Counted from the first letter of the stretch, positions 44,626 to 57,327 are shown. The stretch is 64,000 bases of DNA from the human T2T-CHM13v2.0 reference genome, Homo sapiens (GCF_009914755.1 NC_060937.1), one strand, 5' to 3'. Numbers and translations: made by a program. Notes: generated by a model from the sequence alone, not told the origin.

Positions 44626-45246
44626 CCTTTTATTCTGACTCCAAGTTCCAGGAACTTGGAAACTCACTCACTTAGAAAACTGGGGCAGTTTGGGGGGACT
44701 TGGACATTTGTTGTGGCTATGAATGAATGAAGCCTCTAACAAGATCCTACTCACTGGAAACACAGAACCTACAGAGGAAGCAAACAGGTTTCTGTCTACA
44801 ACGACGGGAACTGGGGAAGCAAAGTGTGTTCAGTTTGCTAAACATTCCTCAGCCAGCCTGGGTTATAGAACAAGGTCACAGTCCTTTTGTTATTAAATAA
44901 GGGTGGCCCTAAGCCCTCATCTCTCGATTCTGGAAATGTCTGACTTTTGTCCTCAGGGTCTACCTTCTGTGATATGTCCAGACACCTCAGGCCAAAAAAT
45001 CAGCCTCCTGGATAGAAAACCAGGAAACGTTGTCACCCATCAGAGGCCTCATTCTCACGGTCATCGCTCTGTCAGGTCATCTGTCCTGCTGTGCAGGAGC
45101 CCTTAAAGACCAGGCACCTCTCTGCCCACTCAGGCCATAAGCAAGGTCACCACAGGGCCCTCCGAGAGGAAGGGAGGCTCTCTCCTAACAGCTTCCATGA
45201 TGCCAGGGCTCATGGTGGCCCAGTTCTTCTTCATGTATCTATGCAG

Positions 45247-45727
45247 CTCATGTGTGTGTGCACACATGCATGCATGTGCAAAGGTAGGCACCCACTTACA
45301 CGCATGCTTGCACACACAGGCATATGCACCCACTCGCATGCATGCACACATAGACATAGGCACCCACTCACACACATGCATGCATGTGCAAACCCATGCA
45401 CCCACTCACACACATCATGCATGCACACATAGACATAGGCACTCACTCACACACATGCATGCATGCACACATAGACATAGGCACCCACTCACACACATGC
45501 ATGCATGTGCAAACCCATGCACCCACTCACATGCATGCATGCACACATAGACGTATGCACTCACTCACACACATGCATGCATGTGCAAATGTATGCCCCC
45601 ACTCACACACATCATGCATGCACACATAGACATATGCACCCACTCACACGCATGCATGCACACACAGGCATATGCACACACATTCACACACAGGCATATG
45701 CACACATTCATACACGTGTGTGACACA
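45247..45727. repeat. Degenerate CATG/CA minisatellite (alternating purine-pyrimidine)
   Basis: Recurring CATGCATGCACACATAGACATAGGCACCCACTCACACA and CATGCATGTGCAAACCCATGCACCCACTCACA blocks. Confidence 0.9.
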
Positions 45728-46137
45728 CTCCTACATCTCTCTTGCCCACAAGAACAAATTAAGGGAAGAGCATAGAGAGAAGTTTTGAGGATTTCCAACA
45801 GAGAGGGGTCGCATCTCTTCCCTGTCTACCCCTTTTGCCTCCAGGAGGTCTCTGCCTGGTGAGACGCCAGGAGGGTGGGGACTGTAGCGCAGCTGGCAGG
45901 CAGCTGGTCAGTGCTGCTGGAGTACTTGTTTAGAAAATGTAAGTTTTTCCCAGCACATTTGAAGTATTAGAAAACATTTTGAGCATAATGCAAGATATGC
46001 ATTTGTTTCTGTGTGATTTCATCCACTAGAAGCACTAGGTGAAAGTGGGAATACAAAACACACACGTGCTCGTACCTCAAGCGTTCGCCAGCCCCCTCAG
46101 CCCGCCGCAGGTGTTATGAGCCACCCCGCCCTGTCTG

Positions 46138-46830
46138 TGTTACAACGGACAGGGTCAGGACACACTACCACACACTGGGGCACCTGGCACACTGGCTATT
46201 ACTACCCACACACTGGGGTGCCTGGCACACTGGGTATTTCCGGTCGAATATTTTCAGGTGGCAGATGCAGGAAGAATTTTCTGACCTTCCCCAGAAGCAG
46301 GTCACGAGACCCTCACGTGAGAGCACGTCACGAGACCCTCACGTGAGAAGCAGGTCACGAGACCCTCACGTGAGAAGCAGGTCACGAGACCCTCACGTGA
46401 GAAGCAGGTCACGAGACCCTCACGTGAGAAGCAGGTCACGAGACCCTCACGTGAGAAGCAGGTCACGAGACCCTCACGTGAGAAGCAGGTCACGAGACCC
46501 TCACGTGAGAAGCAGGTCACGAGACCCTCATGTGAGAGGGGCCCTCCCTGTATCTGGAGGGACACCAAGGGAAATCTGAAGAAACAGGCTTTGCTTTCCA
46601 CAGTTTGCTACACTCAGCTCATACTTTTTTAGTCCTATCACATTTTCCCATGGCTTTCCACTCTTCACGAAAGCTAGGATCTTCAGTTACCTATGAAGGC
46701 TCATGAGTCACAAACAGCTTATATGAAACCAGTGTATATGCTGTTCTCTTGGCAATCTGTCTTTTGTTGCAGGGGCCCAGATGATGAACCTAAGACGGTT
46801 AGAAGAAACAGGTGTTTTTCTTCCCCTACA
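46138..46830 (+). mobile_element. MER39-like ERV1 solo LTR hosting a 37-bp duplication (46164-46238) and a 27-bp VNTR
   Basis: GCAGATGCAGGAAG...CTGACCTTCCCC, GACCCTCATGTGAGAGG, AATCTGAAGAAACAGGC, AATCTGTCTTTTGTT and terminal ...TTCTTCCCCTACA match my recall of MER39. Confidence 0.75.
46293..46537. repeat. 27-bp VNTR, 9 units, each with an E-box
   Basis: Unit AGAAGCAGGTCACGAGACCCTCACGTG. CACGTG at 46314, 46340, 46367, 46394, 46421, 46448, 46475 and 46502; CATGTG at 46529. Confidence 0.97.
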
Positions 46831-47019
46831 CGGTTTTCCATGTGATAGCAGGTAACTGCCCCCACACTTCACAATGGTCACAGGCAGCCACCCCTATCAC
46901 CCACTTCCACAAAAAAACATCAGGGCTTTTTCACGGTAAACTGGTATTTTTTCTGTAGCTCTTATGTATTTCTTAACCATTTAATGTGTGTAAAGCTGTT
47001 CATGTTTTTATTGGGCTAA

Positions 47020-50000
47020 TTTTTTTCTATTTATTAATTTTTTACATGAATAAGTTTTTTTAGCGGTGATTTCTTAGATTTTGGTGCAGCCATCACCCGA
47101 GCAGTGTGCACTGTACCCAATGTGTAGTCTTGTGTCCCTTACTCTCTTCCTACCTCTTCCCCTGAGCCCCCAAAGTCCATTATATCATTCTTAGGCCTTT
47201 GCATCCTCAGAGCTTAGCTCTCACTTATGAGTGAGAACGTATGATGTTTGGTTTTTTATTCCTGAGTTACTTCACTTAGAATAATGGTCTCCAATACCAT
47301 CCAGGTTGCTGCAAATGCCATTATTTCATTCCTTTCTATGGCTGAGTAGTATTCCATGTTATACATATACCACATTTTCTTTATCCACTTGTTGATTGAT
47401 GGGTGTTTCAGCTGGTTCCATATTTTTGCAATTAAGAATTGTGCTGCTATAAACATGCATGTGCAAGTATCTTTTTTGTATAATGACTTCTTTCCCTCTG
47501 GGTAGATACCCAGGAGTGGGATTGCTGGATCAAATGGTGGATCTACTTTTAGTTCTTTAAGGAATTTCCACACTCTTTTCCATAGTGGTTTTACTAGTTT
47601 ACATTCCCACCAACAGTGTAAAAGTGTTCCCTTTTACATCCACACCAGCATCTATTTTTTTTTTTTCATGTTTTGATTATATCCATTCTTGCAGGAGTAA
47701 GATGGTATCATATTGTGGTTTTGATTTGCATTTCTCTGAAAATTAGTGATGTTGAGCATTTTTTCATATATTTGCTGGTCATTTGTATATCTTCTTTTGA
47801 GAATTGTCTATTCACGTCCTTAGCCCACTTTTTGATGGGATTGTTTGTTTTTTTCTTGCTAATTTGTTTGAGTTCCTTGTAGATTTTGGATATTAGTCCT
47901 TGTCAGAAATATAGATTGCGAAGATTTTTTCCACTCTGGGGGTTGTTTGTTTACTCTGCTGATTATTTATTTTTCTGTGCAGAAGCTTTTTAGTTTAGTT
48001 TAATTAAGTCCCATCTATTTATCTTTGTTTTTGTCGCATTTGCTTTTTGGTTCTTGGTCATAAAGTCTTTGCCTGAGCCAATGTCTAGAATAGTTTTTCC
48101 AATGTTATCTTGTAGAATTTTTATGGTTTCAGGTCTTAGATTTAAGTCTTTAATCCATCTTGAGTTGATTTTTATATAACGTGAGAGATGAGGATCCAGT
48201 TTCATTCTCCTACATGTGGCTAGCCAATTATCCCAGCACCATTTGTTGAATAAGGTGTCCTTTCCCTACTTTATGTTTTTGTTTGTTTTGTTGAAGATCA
48301 GTTAGCTGTAAGTATTTGGCTTTATTTCTGTGTTCTCTATCCTGTTCCTTCCATCTATATGACTATTTTTACACCAGTACCATACTGTTTTGGTGACTAT
48401 ACCCTTATAGTATATTTTGAAGTCAGGTAATGTGATGCCTGCAGATTTGTTCTTTTTGCTTAGTCTTGCTTTGGCTGTGTAGGCTCTTTTTTGGTTCTAT
48501 ATAAATTTTAGGTTTGTTTTTTCTAGTTCTGTGAAGAATGCTAGTGGTATTTTGATGGAAATTGCACTGAATTTGTAGATTGCTTTCGGCAATATGGTCA
48601 TTTTCACATTGATTCTACACATCCATGAGCATGGGATATGTTTTCATTTGTTTGTGTCATCTGTGATTGCTTTCAGCAGTGTTTTGTAGTTTTCCTTGTA
48701 GAAGTCTTTCACCTCCTTGAATAGGTATATTGCTAAGTATTTTGTTTGCAGCTATTGTAAAAGGGGTTGAGTTCTTGATTTAATTCTCAGCTTGGTTGCT
48801 GTTGGTGAATAGCAGAGCTACTGATTTGTGTACATTAATTTTGTATCCTAAAGTTTACTGAATTAATTTACCAGTTCTAGGACTTTTTGGATGAGTCTCT
48901 AGGGCTTTTTGGATGACCCTAAAGTCAAACAGTGACGGTTTGACTTCTGCTTTACCGATTTGGATGCCCTTTTTTTTTTCTCTTGTCTGATTGCTCTGGT
49001 TAGGGCTTCCAGTACTATGTTGAATAGTAGTGGTGAAAGTGGGCATCCTAGTCTTTTTCCAATTCTCAGGGGGAATGCCTTCAGCTTTTCCCCATTCAGT
49101 ATAATGCTGCTTGTGGGTTTGTCATAGATGGCTTTTATCACCTTGAGGTATTTCCCCTCTATGCTAATTTTGCTAAGGGTTTTAATCACAAATGGATGCT
49201 GGATTTTGTTAAATGCTTTTTCTGTGTCTATTGAGATGATCATGTGATTTTTGTTTTTAATTCTGTTTACGTGGTGTATGGCATTTGACTTGCATATGTT
49301 AAACCATCCCTGCATCCCTGGTAGGAAACTCACTTGATCATGGTGGGTTATCTTTTTGATATGCTATTGGATTCAGTTAGCTAGTATTTTATTGAGGATT
49401 TTTGCATCTATGTTCATCAGGGATATTGGTCTGTAGTTTTCTATTTTTGTTATGCCCTTTTCTGGTTTTGGTATTAGGGTGATACTGGCTTCATAGAATG
49501 ACTTACAGAGGATTCCCTCTTTCTCTATCTTTTGGAATAGTGTCAATGGGATTGGTACTAATTCTTCTTTTAATGTCTGATAGAATTCAGCTGTGAATTT
49601 GTCTGGTTCTGGACTTTTTTTATTGGTAACTTTTTAATTATCACTTCAATCTCACTGCATGTTATTGGTCTGTTCGGAGTTTCTATTTCTTCCTGGTTTA
49701 ATCTGGGAGGGTTGTATATTTCCAGGAATTTCTCCATCTCCTCTAGGTTTTGTAGTTTATGTGCATAACGATGTTCATAGTAACCTTGAATGATCTTTTG
49801 TATTTCTGTGTTATCACTTGTAACATCTCCCATTTCATTTCTAATTGAGCTTATTTGTATCTTCTCTCTTCTTGGTTAATCTCACTAATGGTCTATAAAT
49901 TTCATTTATCTTTTTAAAGAATTATCTTTTTGTTTCATTTATCCTTTGTATTTTTTGGTTTCAATTTCATTTAGATCTGCTCCGATCTTCATTATTTCTT

Positions 50001-53000
50001 TTCTTCTTCTGGGTTTGGGCTTGGTTTGTTCTTGTTTCTCTAGTTCCCTGAGGTGTGACCTTTGATTGTATATTTGTGCTCTTTCAGATTTCTTGATATA
50101 GGCATTTAATGCTATGAACTTTCCTCTTAGTGAGAGACAGGACTAGCTGGATTTCCTAGGCCAGCTAAGAATCCCTAAGCCTAGCTGGGAAGGTGACTGC
50201 ATCCACATTTAAACATGGGGCTTGCAACTTAGCTCACACCTGACCAATCAGGTAGGGAAAGAAAGCTCACTAAAATGCTAATTAGGCAAACACAGGAGTT
50301 AAAGAAATAGCCAATCATCTATCACCTGAGAGCACAGTGGGAGGGACAATGATCAGGATATAAACCCAGGCATTCAAGCCGGCAATGGCTACCCTCTTGG
50401 GTCCCCTCCCTTTGTATGGGAGCTCTGTTTTCACTCTATTAAATCTTGCAACTGCACAGTCTTCTGGTCCGTGCTAGTTACAGCTCAAGCTGAGCTTTCA
50501 CTTGCCATCCACTGCTGCTATTTGCCACCATCACAGACCCACTGCTGACTTCCATCTCTCCAGATCCGGCAGGGTGTCCGCTGTGCTCCTGATCCAGTGA
50601 GGTGCCCATTGCCACTCCCAATTGGGCTAAAGGCTTGCCATTGTTCCTGCATGGCTAAGTGCCCGGGTTCATCCTAATTGAGCTGAACACCTGTCACTGG
50701 GTTCCACAGTTCTCTTCCATGACCCACGGCTTCTAATAGAGCTATAACACTCACTGCATGGCCCAAGATTCCATTCCTTGGAATCCGTGAGGCCAAGAAC
50801 TCCAGGTCAGAGAACAAGAGGCTTGCCACCATCTTGGAAGCAGCTCACCACCGTCTTGGGAGTTCTGGGAGCAAGGACCCCCTGGTAACATTAGCACTGC
50901 TTTTGCTGTATCCCAGAGGTTTTGATAGGTTGTGTCACTGTTATTGTACAGTTCAAAGAATTTTTAAATTTCCTTCTTGATTTCATTGTTGACCCAAAGA
51001 TCATGCAGGGGGTTATTTAATTTCCATGTATTTGCATGGTTTTGAGGGTTCCTTTTGGAGTTGATTTCCAATTTTGTTCCACTGTGGTCTGAGAGAGTAC
51101 TTGATATAATTTCAGTTTTCTTAAATTTGCTGAGACTTGTTTTGTGGCCTATCATATGGTCTGTCTTGGAGAATGTGCCATGTGCTGATGAATAGAATGT
51201 ATATTCTACAGTTGTTGGGTAGAATGTTCTGTAAATGTCTGTTAAGTCCATTTGTTCTAGGCTATAGTTTAAGTCCATTGTTTCTTTGTTGACTTTCTGT
51301 CTTGATGACTTGTTTAGTGCTGGCATTGGAGTATTGAAGTCCCCCACTATTACTGTGTTGCTGTCTCATTTCTTAGGTTTAGTAGTAACTATTTTATAAA
51401 TTTAGGAGCTCCAGTGTTAGGTGCATGTATTTTTAGGATTGTGATATTTTTCTTTTGGACGAATCCTTTTATCATTATATAATGTCCCTCTTTGTCTTTT
51501 TAAACTGCTGTTACTTTAAAGTTTTGTCTGATATAAGAATAGCTACTCCTGCTTGCTTTTGGTGTCCATTTGCATGGAATATCTTTTTCCACCCCCTCAC
51601 CTTACATTTATGTGAATCCTTATGGGTTGGGTGAGTCTCTTGAAGACAGCAGATACTTGGTTGGTGAGTTCTTATCCATTCTGCTATTCTGTATCTTTTA
51701 AGGGAGTATTTAGGCCATTTACATTCAATGTTAGTATTGAGATGCGAGATACAATTCTACTCATCATGCTAGTTGTTGCCTGAATATCTTTTTTTATTTT
51801 TTTGCATTGTGCTATTGTTTTATAGGTCCTGTGAGATTTATGCATTAAGGAGATTATTTTGGTGTATTTCAAGGATTTATTTTGAGATTTAGAGCTCCTT
51901 TTAGCAGTTCTTGTAGTGCTGATTTGGTAGTGGTGAATTCTCTCAGCACTTGTTTGTGTGAAAAAGACTGTATCTTTCCTTCATGCATGAAGCTTAGTTT
52001 CACTGGATACAAAATTCTTGGCTGATAATTGTTTTGTTTAAGGAGGCTAAAGATAGAACTCCAATTCCTTGTAGTTTGTAGGATTTCTGCTGAGAAATCT
52101 GCTGTTAATCTGATAGGTTCAAAGAGAAGATCTGGGACTCGAGGGCTGCTGTTCAGATTCTTTTGTCCCATGGGGGTGCTCCCTTGATGTGGTGCTCTCC
52201 CCTTTCCCCTTAGTGATGGGACTTCCTGAGAGTCAAACTGCAGTGATTGTTATTTGTCTTCTGGATCTAGCCACCCAGCTGAGCTACTGGACTCTGGGCT
52301 GGTACTGTGGGGTGTCTACAGAGTCCTGTGATGTGCTCCATCTTCAGGTCTCTCAGCTGTGGATACCAGCACCTGCTCTGGTGGAGGGAGCAGGAGACTG
52401 AGGTGGACTCTGTGAGGGTCTTTGGTTGTATTTTTGTTAAGTGAGCTGGTTTTGTTTGTTGGCCTCCAGCCAGGAGGTGGTGCTTTCAAGAGTGCATCAG
52501 CTGTGATTGTATAGGGAGGATCAGGTGGTGGGTGGAGCCATGGAGCTCTCAAGAGATTATGTCCTTTGTCTTCAGCTACCAGGGTGGGTAGAGAAAGACC
52601 ATCAGGTGGAGGCAGGGTTAGGCATGTCTGAGCTCAGACTCTCCTTGGGTGGGGCTTGCTGCAGATGCTGTGGGTGATGGTGGTATGGCTCCCAGGCCAA
52701 TGCAGTTTTGTTCCCAGGGGGATTATGGCTGCCTCTACTGCGTCACACAGGTTGCCAAAGAAGTGGGAGGAAGCCAGCAGCCACAGGACTCACCCAGCTC
52801 TCATGCAGCCCACAGCCCAAAAGGCCAGTCTCACTTCCACCATGCCCCAGGGTTGGAGTGTGAGCAGGGCTGAGAACTTGCCCCAGGCTACAAGCCTCCT
52901 GCTGAGAAAGCAAGCAGACTCACATTTCCTTGGCTGTCCCAGAGCCTGGAGCAGCAATCCACCTCCTTCAAAGGGTCTGTGGATTCTCTTGGCTTTCCTG

Positions 53001-53118
53001 GTATGTTCCTGCAGTACTTCCTGGAGCAAAAGTTCACAGTGTGGGTCTCCACATGCTGCTCTGTCCATCCAAGTGGGAGCTGCAAGTTAGTCCTGCCTCC
53101 TATCTGCTGTTTTTCCTG
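47020..53118 (-). mobile_element. Near full-length L1PB (L1PB1-like) with internal ORF1 deletion and an LTR17 insertion
   Basis: L1PB-type 3'UTR. ORF2 remnants ([32 protein letters not shown]...DLTDIYRTFYP). ORF1 end IRLTADFSAE. Jump near 52118 into the 5'UTR, which ends ...GATAGGAGGCAGGACTAACTTGCAGCTCCCAC on the minus strand. Confidence 0.9.
50131..50890 (+). mobile_element. LTR17 (HERV-W) complete solo LTR
   Basis: TGAGAGACAGGACTAGCTGGATTTCCTAGG start and ...GGTAACA end. 4-bp TSD TTAG. CCAAT at 50244 and 50311, TATAAA 50359-50364, ATTAAA 50438-50443. Confidence 0.95.
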
Positions 53119-53298
53119 GACTCCATTGTCAGGTTCATTTTTTTAACGTCACTGCTCATGCATTTGAGTGCTCTGCCTCTCACCCCACTCTTCCCATAGG
53201 CTCTGTGGTTTTTAAGGCATGATCCTGCATAGTGTGGTGGCTTCTAGGAATGCACATGATGTACCACAGTGGAACTGACTAGTATGTACAAGGACAGT

Positions 53299-53744
53299 TG
53301 TTATAAGTAAAGTTTCGGTGCCACAAAAGAAATAGCACTCGAATATCAAATTTTCTTTTTAATTCTCAGCAAGGCAATGTACTTCTATAGAAGGGTGCAC
53401 CCTTACAAATGGAGCAATGGTGAGCACATACTTGGACAAGGGAGGGGAAGGGGTTTTCTCCCTGACGGACACAGCCCCTGCTGCCGTGTCGTTCCCCTAT
53501 TGGCTAGGGTTAGACCACACAGGCTATACTAATTCCGACTGGCTAATTTAAAGAGAGTGACGGAATGAGTGGTTTGGTGGGAAAAATTGTTATGGCAGAG
53601 CAGGAAATCGGAATGAGTCAGGGTGGAGCAGGTAATCGAAACAGGTTGCTTTACGACGAAGTTAACTTTAAAAGTAGAAGGCAAAGAATTGAACATAGTG
53701 ACATATTGTTTCTTTGAAGAGAAATTTAGAACTCATATCTAACA
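53299..53744 (-). mobile_element. LTR10 (LTR10F-like, HERV-I group) solo LTR
   Basis: Minus strand begins TGTTAGATATGAGTTCTAAATTTCTC and contains CGATTACCTGCTCCACCCTGACTCATTCCGAT. Confidence 0.88.
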
Positions 53745-54141
53745 CAAAGAATCCAAATCAATATAGCTCTGGAAATTTAAGTTTTGAGACAACTCCTTGG
53801 CTCCAAGCACATAGCAAAGATATAAAATATACAAAGAGAATACTGGAAAGACATCGCAAGTTTCAAAATCATGATCATCTCTCCTGGCTCAGAAATAAAG
53901 AGCAGAAAGTGGCATCCACAGGGCTGCAGCTGAGATCCCACCATGGAACTGTATGCAGGAACAGTAAAATAATTCTAAAACATTGGTAACAAAATTAAAA
54001 GCTTGGAAATTAAAACCATTGTTAGCAGTTTTTCTAACGGAGATACTTGAGAACAATCCGAATTTCCTCAATAAAAGAATAAAAAAATAAGCTGTGAAAT
54101 ATTCATTTACCATTAGACTATAAGTTAAAATAGCAAGAACA

Positions 54142-54432
54142 GGCCAGGTGTGGCGGCTCATGCCTGTAATTTCAGCACTTTGGGAGGCTGCAGCAGGAGG
54201 ATCACTTGAGGCCAGAAGTTCAAGACCAGCCTGGGAAACAGGGCAAGCCCCAATCTCTACACACACACACAAATAAGCCAGGCATGGTGGCTCACACCTT
54301 CTAGCTACTTGGGAGGCTGAGATGGGAGGATCAATTGAGCCGAGGAATTTGAGGCTGTAGTGAGCTATGATTGTGCCACTGCACTCCAGCCTTGGTGACA
54401 GAGTAAGATCTTATCTCAGAAACAAATAAATA
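54142..54432 (+). mobile_element. AluJ
   Basis: J-type dimer with (CA)n linker. Imperfect TSD around TAGCAAGA. Confidence 0.9.
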
Positions 54433-54577
54433 AGTGAAGTAGCAAGAGCCACATCTATCCACATATATAATAAACTCCTGAAATATTACATTGAGTGGGG
54501 GGAAACCATTGTAGAATTACATACACAGTGTGACATCATTTATTTGAAAAAATTTTAATGTAAAAAATACTGTATAT

Positions 54578-54790
54578 CAGTGGTTGGCAAACTACTGCCT
54601 GAGGGCCAGTGCCTATTTGTGTAAATAAAGTTTTATTGAAACATAGCTGCACATGATCATTTGTTTCTATATTGTCTGTGGCTGCTTTCACACACAGCGG
54701 CAGAGTTGAGTTATGACAGAGGCCACGTGCCTACAAAGCTTAAAATATTCATGATCTGATCCTTCACAGAAAAAAACTTGCTGACTCCTG
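54578..54790 (+). mobile_element. MER58A hAT-Charlie MITE
   Basis: CAGTGGTTGGCAAACTA...GTAAATAAAGTTTTATTG...TTGCTGACTCCTG. 8-bp TSD CTGTATAT/TTGTATAT. Confidence 0.85.
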
Positions 54791-55984
54791 TTGTATATTA
54801 TTTATGGGTATATATACACATACATACACACGTGTGCTATCAAACATAAAAGCAAACATTTGCTTGGGGTTAATACACCCAGACTTCAGAATAGTAGCTG
54901 TGTCTGGGAGACAGGACGGGAAGAAAATTGGGATCAGAGAAGGGCACTTTAAGGGGCTTCAGCTGTGTGAAGTGTTTTTTTATTTAAAGGAATATCTTAA
55001 GTAAACATGGTAAAATATTGATTTGCTTAGATGGGTAACGAGTACACAGTTATTCTTTATGTCCTGTGTACTTTCCAGTGTTTTAAAAATACTTTATAAT
55101 AGCGAGTATTGAGAGGGAAAAAGATGAATGTGGTTGATCCAAGGGCCTGATGAGGCCCAGTGTCCACGCTGTGTCTTAGTGGCCAAATCAGGGTGCAGCA
55201 TGCATGTCCACTGGGCGGTGTTTGTGGAGAAAGAGGGAGGAAGTCCCTCCTTAAAGGAAGAATATACCTTTTTGTGTTTGGGGGAATTTTTTTGCATGTG
55301 AATGTACTAATATAACTTAAATATGAAAAAGAATGACTAGGAACGTAGCACTTAATCTCCTCTTGGCCACCTGTTATTTTCAGACTTGTCACACCATCTC
55401 TGGGTGCTGGCCATCACCAGCCACAATAACACCATGTGGCTGTGTCACTCAGTCAGTCAATGGGCATCTGTCAAGTGTCTGCATATCCAGGCTTGCATGC
55501 TGCTCCACCCTTGATTTATGGAAAAATGCATCACAAATCTCATCTCAGAGAACACAGTCATGAAGCAAAACGTGTCATGCAGACTTGGAAACCCTGTTCC
55601 CATTTGCTAGGAATGCCGAAGTTCTAATGCAAGTGAGGAAGTCTATATCCCAGCTTGTGTGCGGGTCCCTGGATTCTGCTGCTGGTCGTGCGGGGCCTGA
55701 CTCAGAGGTGAAGGCCATGGTGTGAGTGCTCTGGGAACACAGCTCACCCCTCAGAGAAGCCAGGTGGGCTCTTAAATTAGAAAGGCTGGCTGGGTTCGTC
55801 CTCACCCTGGAACCAAATAAAAGTGGCAGCATTCACTCACTATCCCCAGCCTGCAAGTGGCTGCCCTAGTCTTCCGGTCACTTTGGCACAGAGCTTGCCC
55901 CTGTAAGGCACCTCCTTGAACTGCATTGACCCCACAGGCCTACCATACCTGCACTTGTGAGGTTGGGTCACGACTAGTCTGTAC

Positions 55985-56487
55985 CCCACGGTTTAGAGCA
56001 GGCGGCAGTCACGGCTCCATCTCTCCCCAAAGTTTAGAGTAGGTGGTGGTCACTACTCCTTCTCTCCCCGGGGTTTAGAGTAGGCTGTGGTCACTGCTCC
56101 CTTTCTCCTGGGCTTTAGGGCAGGCGGAGGTCATGCTCCATCTCTCCCCGGGGCTTAGAGCAGGCAGTGGTCACTGTTCCATCTCTCCCCAAGGTTTAGA
56201 GTGGGTGGCAGTCATGGCTTCATCTGTCCCCAGGGTTTAGAGCAGGTGGTGGTCACTGCTCCATCTCTCCCCAAGGTTTAGAGCGGGCGGCAATCATGGC
56301 TTCATCTCTCTCTGGGGTTAAGAGCAGGTGGTGAACACTGCTCCATCTCTTCCTGGGGCTTAGGGCAGGCAGCGGTCACAGCTCCGTCTCTCCCTGGGGT
56401 TTACAGCAGACGGTGGTCACTGCTCCACTCCTCCCCAGGGTTTAGAGCAGGCAGCGGTGGTCACCGCCTGGTGGTCCATCTCTCCTC
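55985..56487. repeat. Degenerate 40-41-bp minisatellite, about 12 copies
   Basis: Consensus approximately CCCCGGGGTTTAGAGCAGGCGGTGGTCACTGCTCCATCTCT. Confidence 0.93.
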
Positions 56488-56884
56488 GTTGGTAGGACTT
56501 TGCAGGCTGTGGGCTGCCTGTTGTCTGGTTCAGCAGAAGTGTACAAGCATCACTGTTGAGGGTGAAGCTCCGCCCCATCTCTGCTCACTCTCTTTTCCTA
56601 AAGATCAAGTTGCCCTACTTTTATTTCTAATTGAGCCAGTTAGAAAACCAACTTGTTTTTCTAGTTGCCTAGATGACCAAGTAGGGTACCTAAGAAGCGA
56701 ATCTGTAAGTAATAAGCATCTAAAGTTGTGCTTTATAGATGATCTTCAGAGTGACCTGTTTATTACTCTAAATGATGAATCAGATACCAGTCTCCACTGT
56801 AGAAACATCCTTCCTATCCTAAACAAAATGGAACTCCTGACTATATTCCTGGTCTTCTACCCAATTGGGGATGTAATTCAAGTG

Positions 56885-57327
56885 TGTCAGGCCTCTGAGC
56901 CCACGCTAAGCCATCATATCCCCTGTGACCTACATGTATATATTCACATGGCCTGAAGCAACTGAAAAACCACAAAAGAAGTGAAAATAGCCAGTTGCTG
57001 CCTTAACTGATGACATTCCACCATTGTGATTTGTTTCTGCCCCACCCTAGCTGATCAATTGACCGTGTGACATTCCTTCTCCTGGACAATGAGTCTTAAG
57101 AGCTCCCCCACCGAGCACCTTGTGACCCCCACCCTTGCCCACAAGAGAAAAACCTCCTTTAACTATAAATTTTCCACTACCTACCCAAATCCTGTAAAAC
57201 TGCCCCTCCCCATCTCCCTTTGCTGACTCCTTTTTCAGACTCAGTCAGCTTGCACCCAGGTGATTAAAAAGCTTTATTGCTCACACAAAGCCTGTTTGGT
57301 GGTCTCTTCACACAGATGCACATAACA
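56885..57327 (+). mobile_element. LTR7 (HERV-H; LTR7C-like) solo LTR
   Basis: TGTCAGGCCTCTGAGCCCA start and ...CACACAAAGCCTGTTTGGTGGTCTCTTCACACAGATGCACATAACA end. 5-bp TSD AAGTG. Confidence 0.93.
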
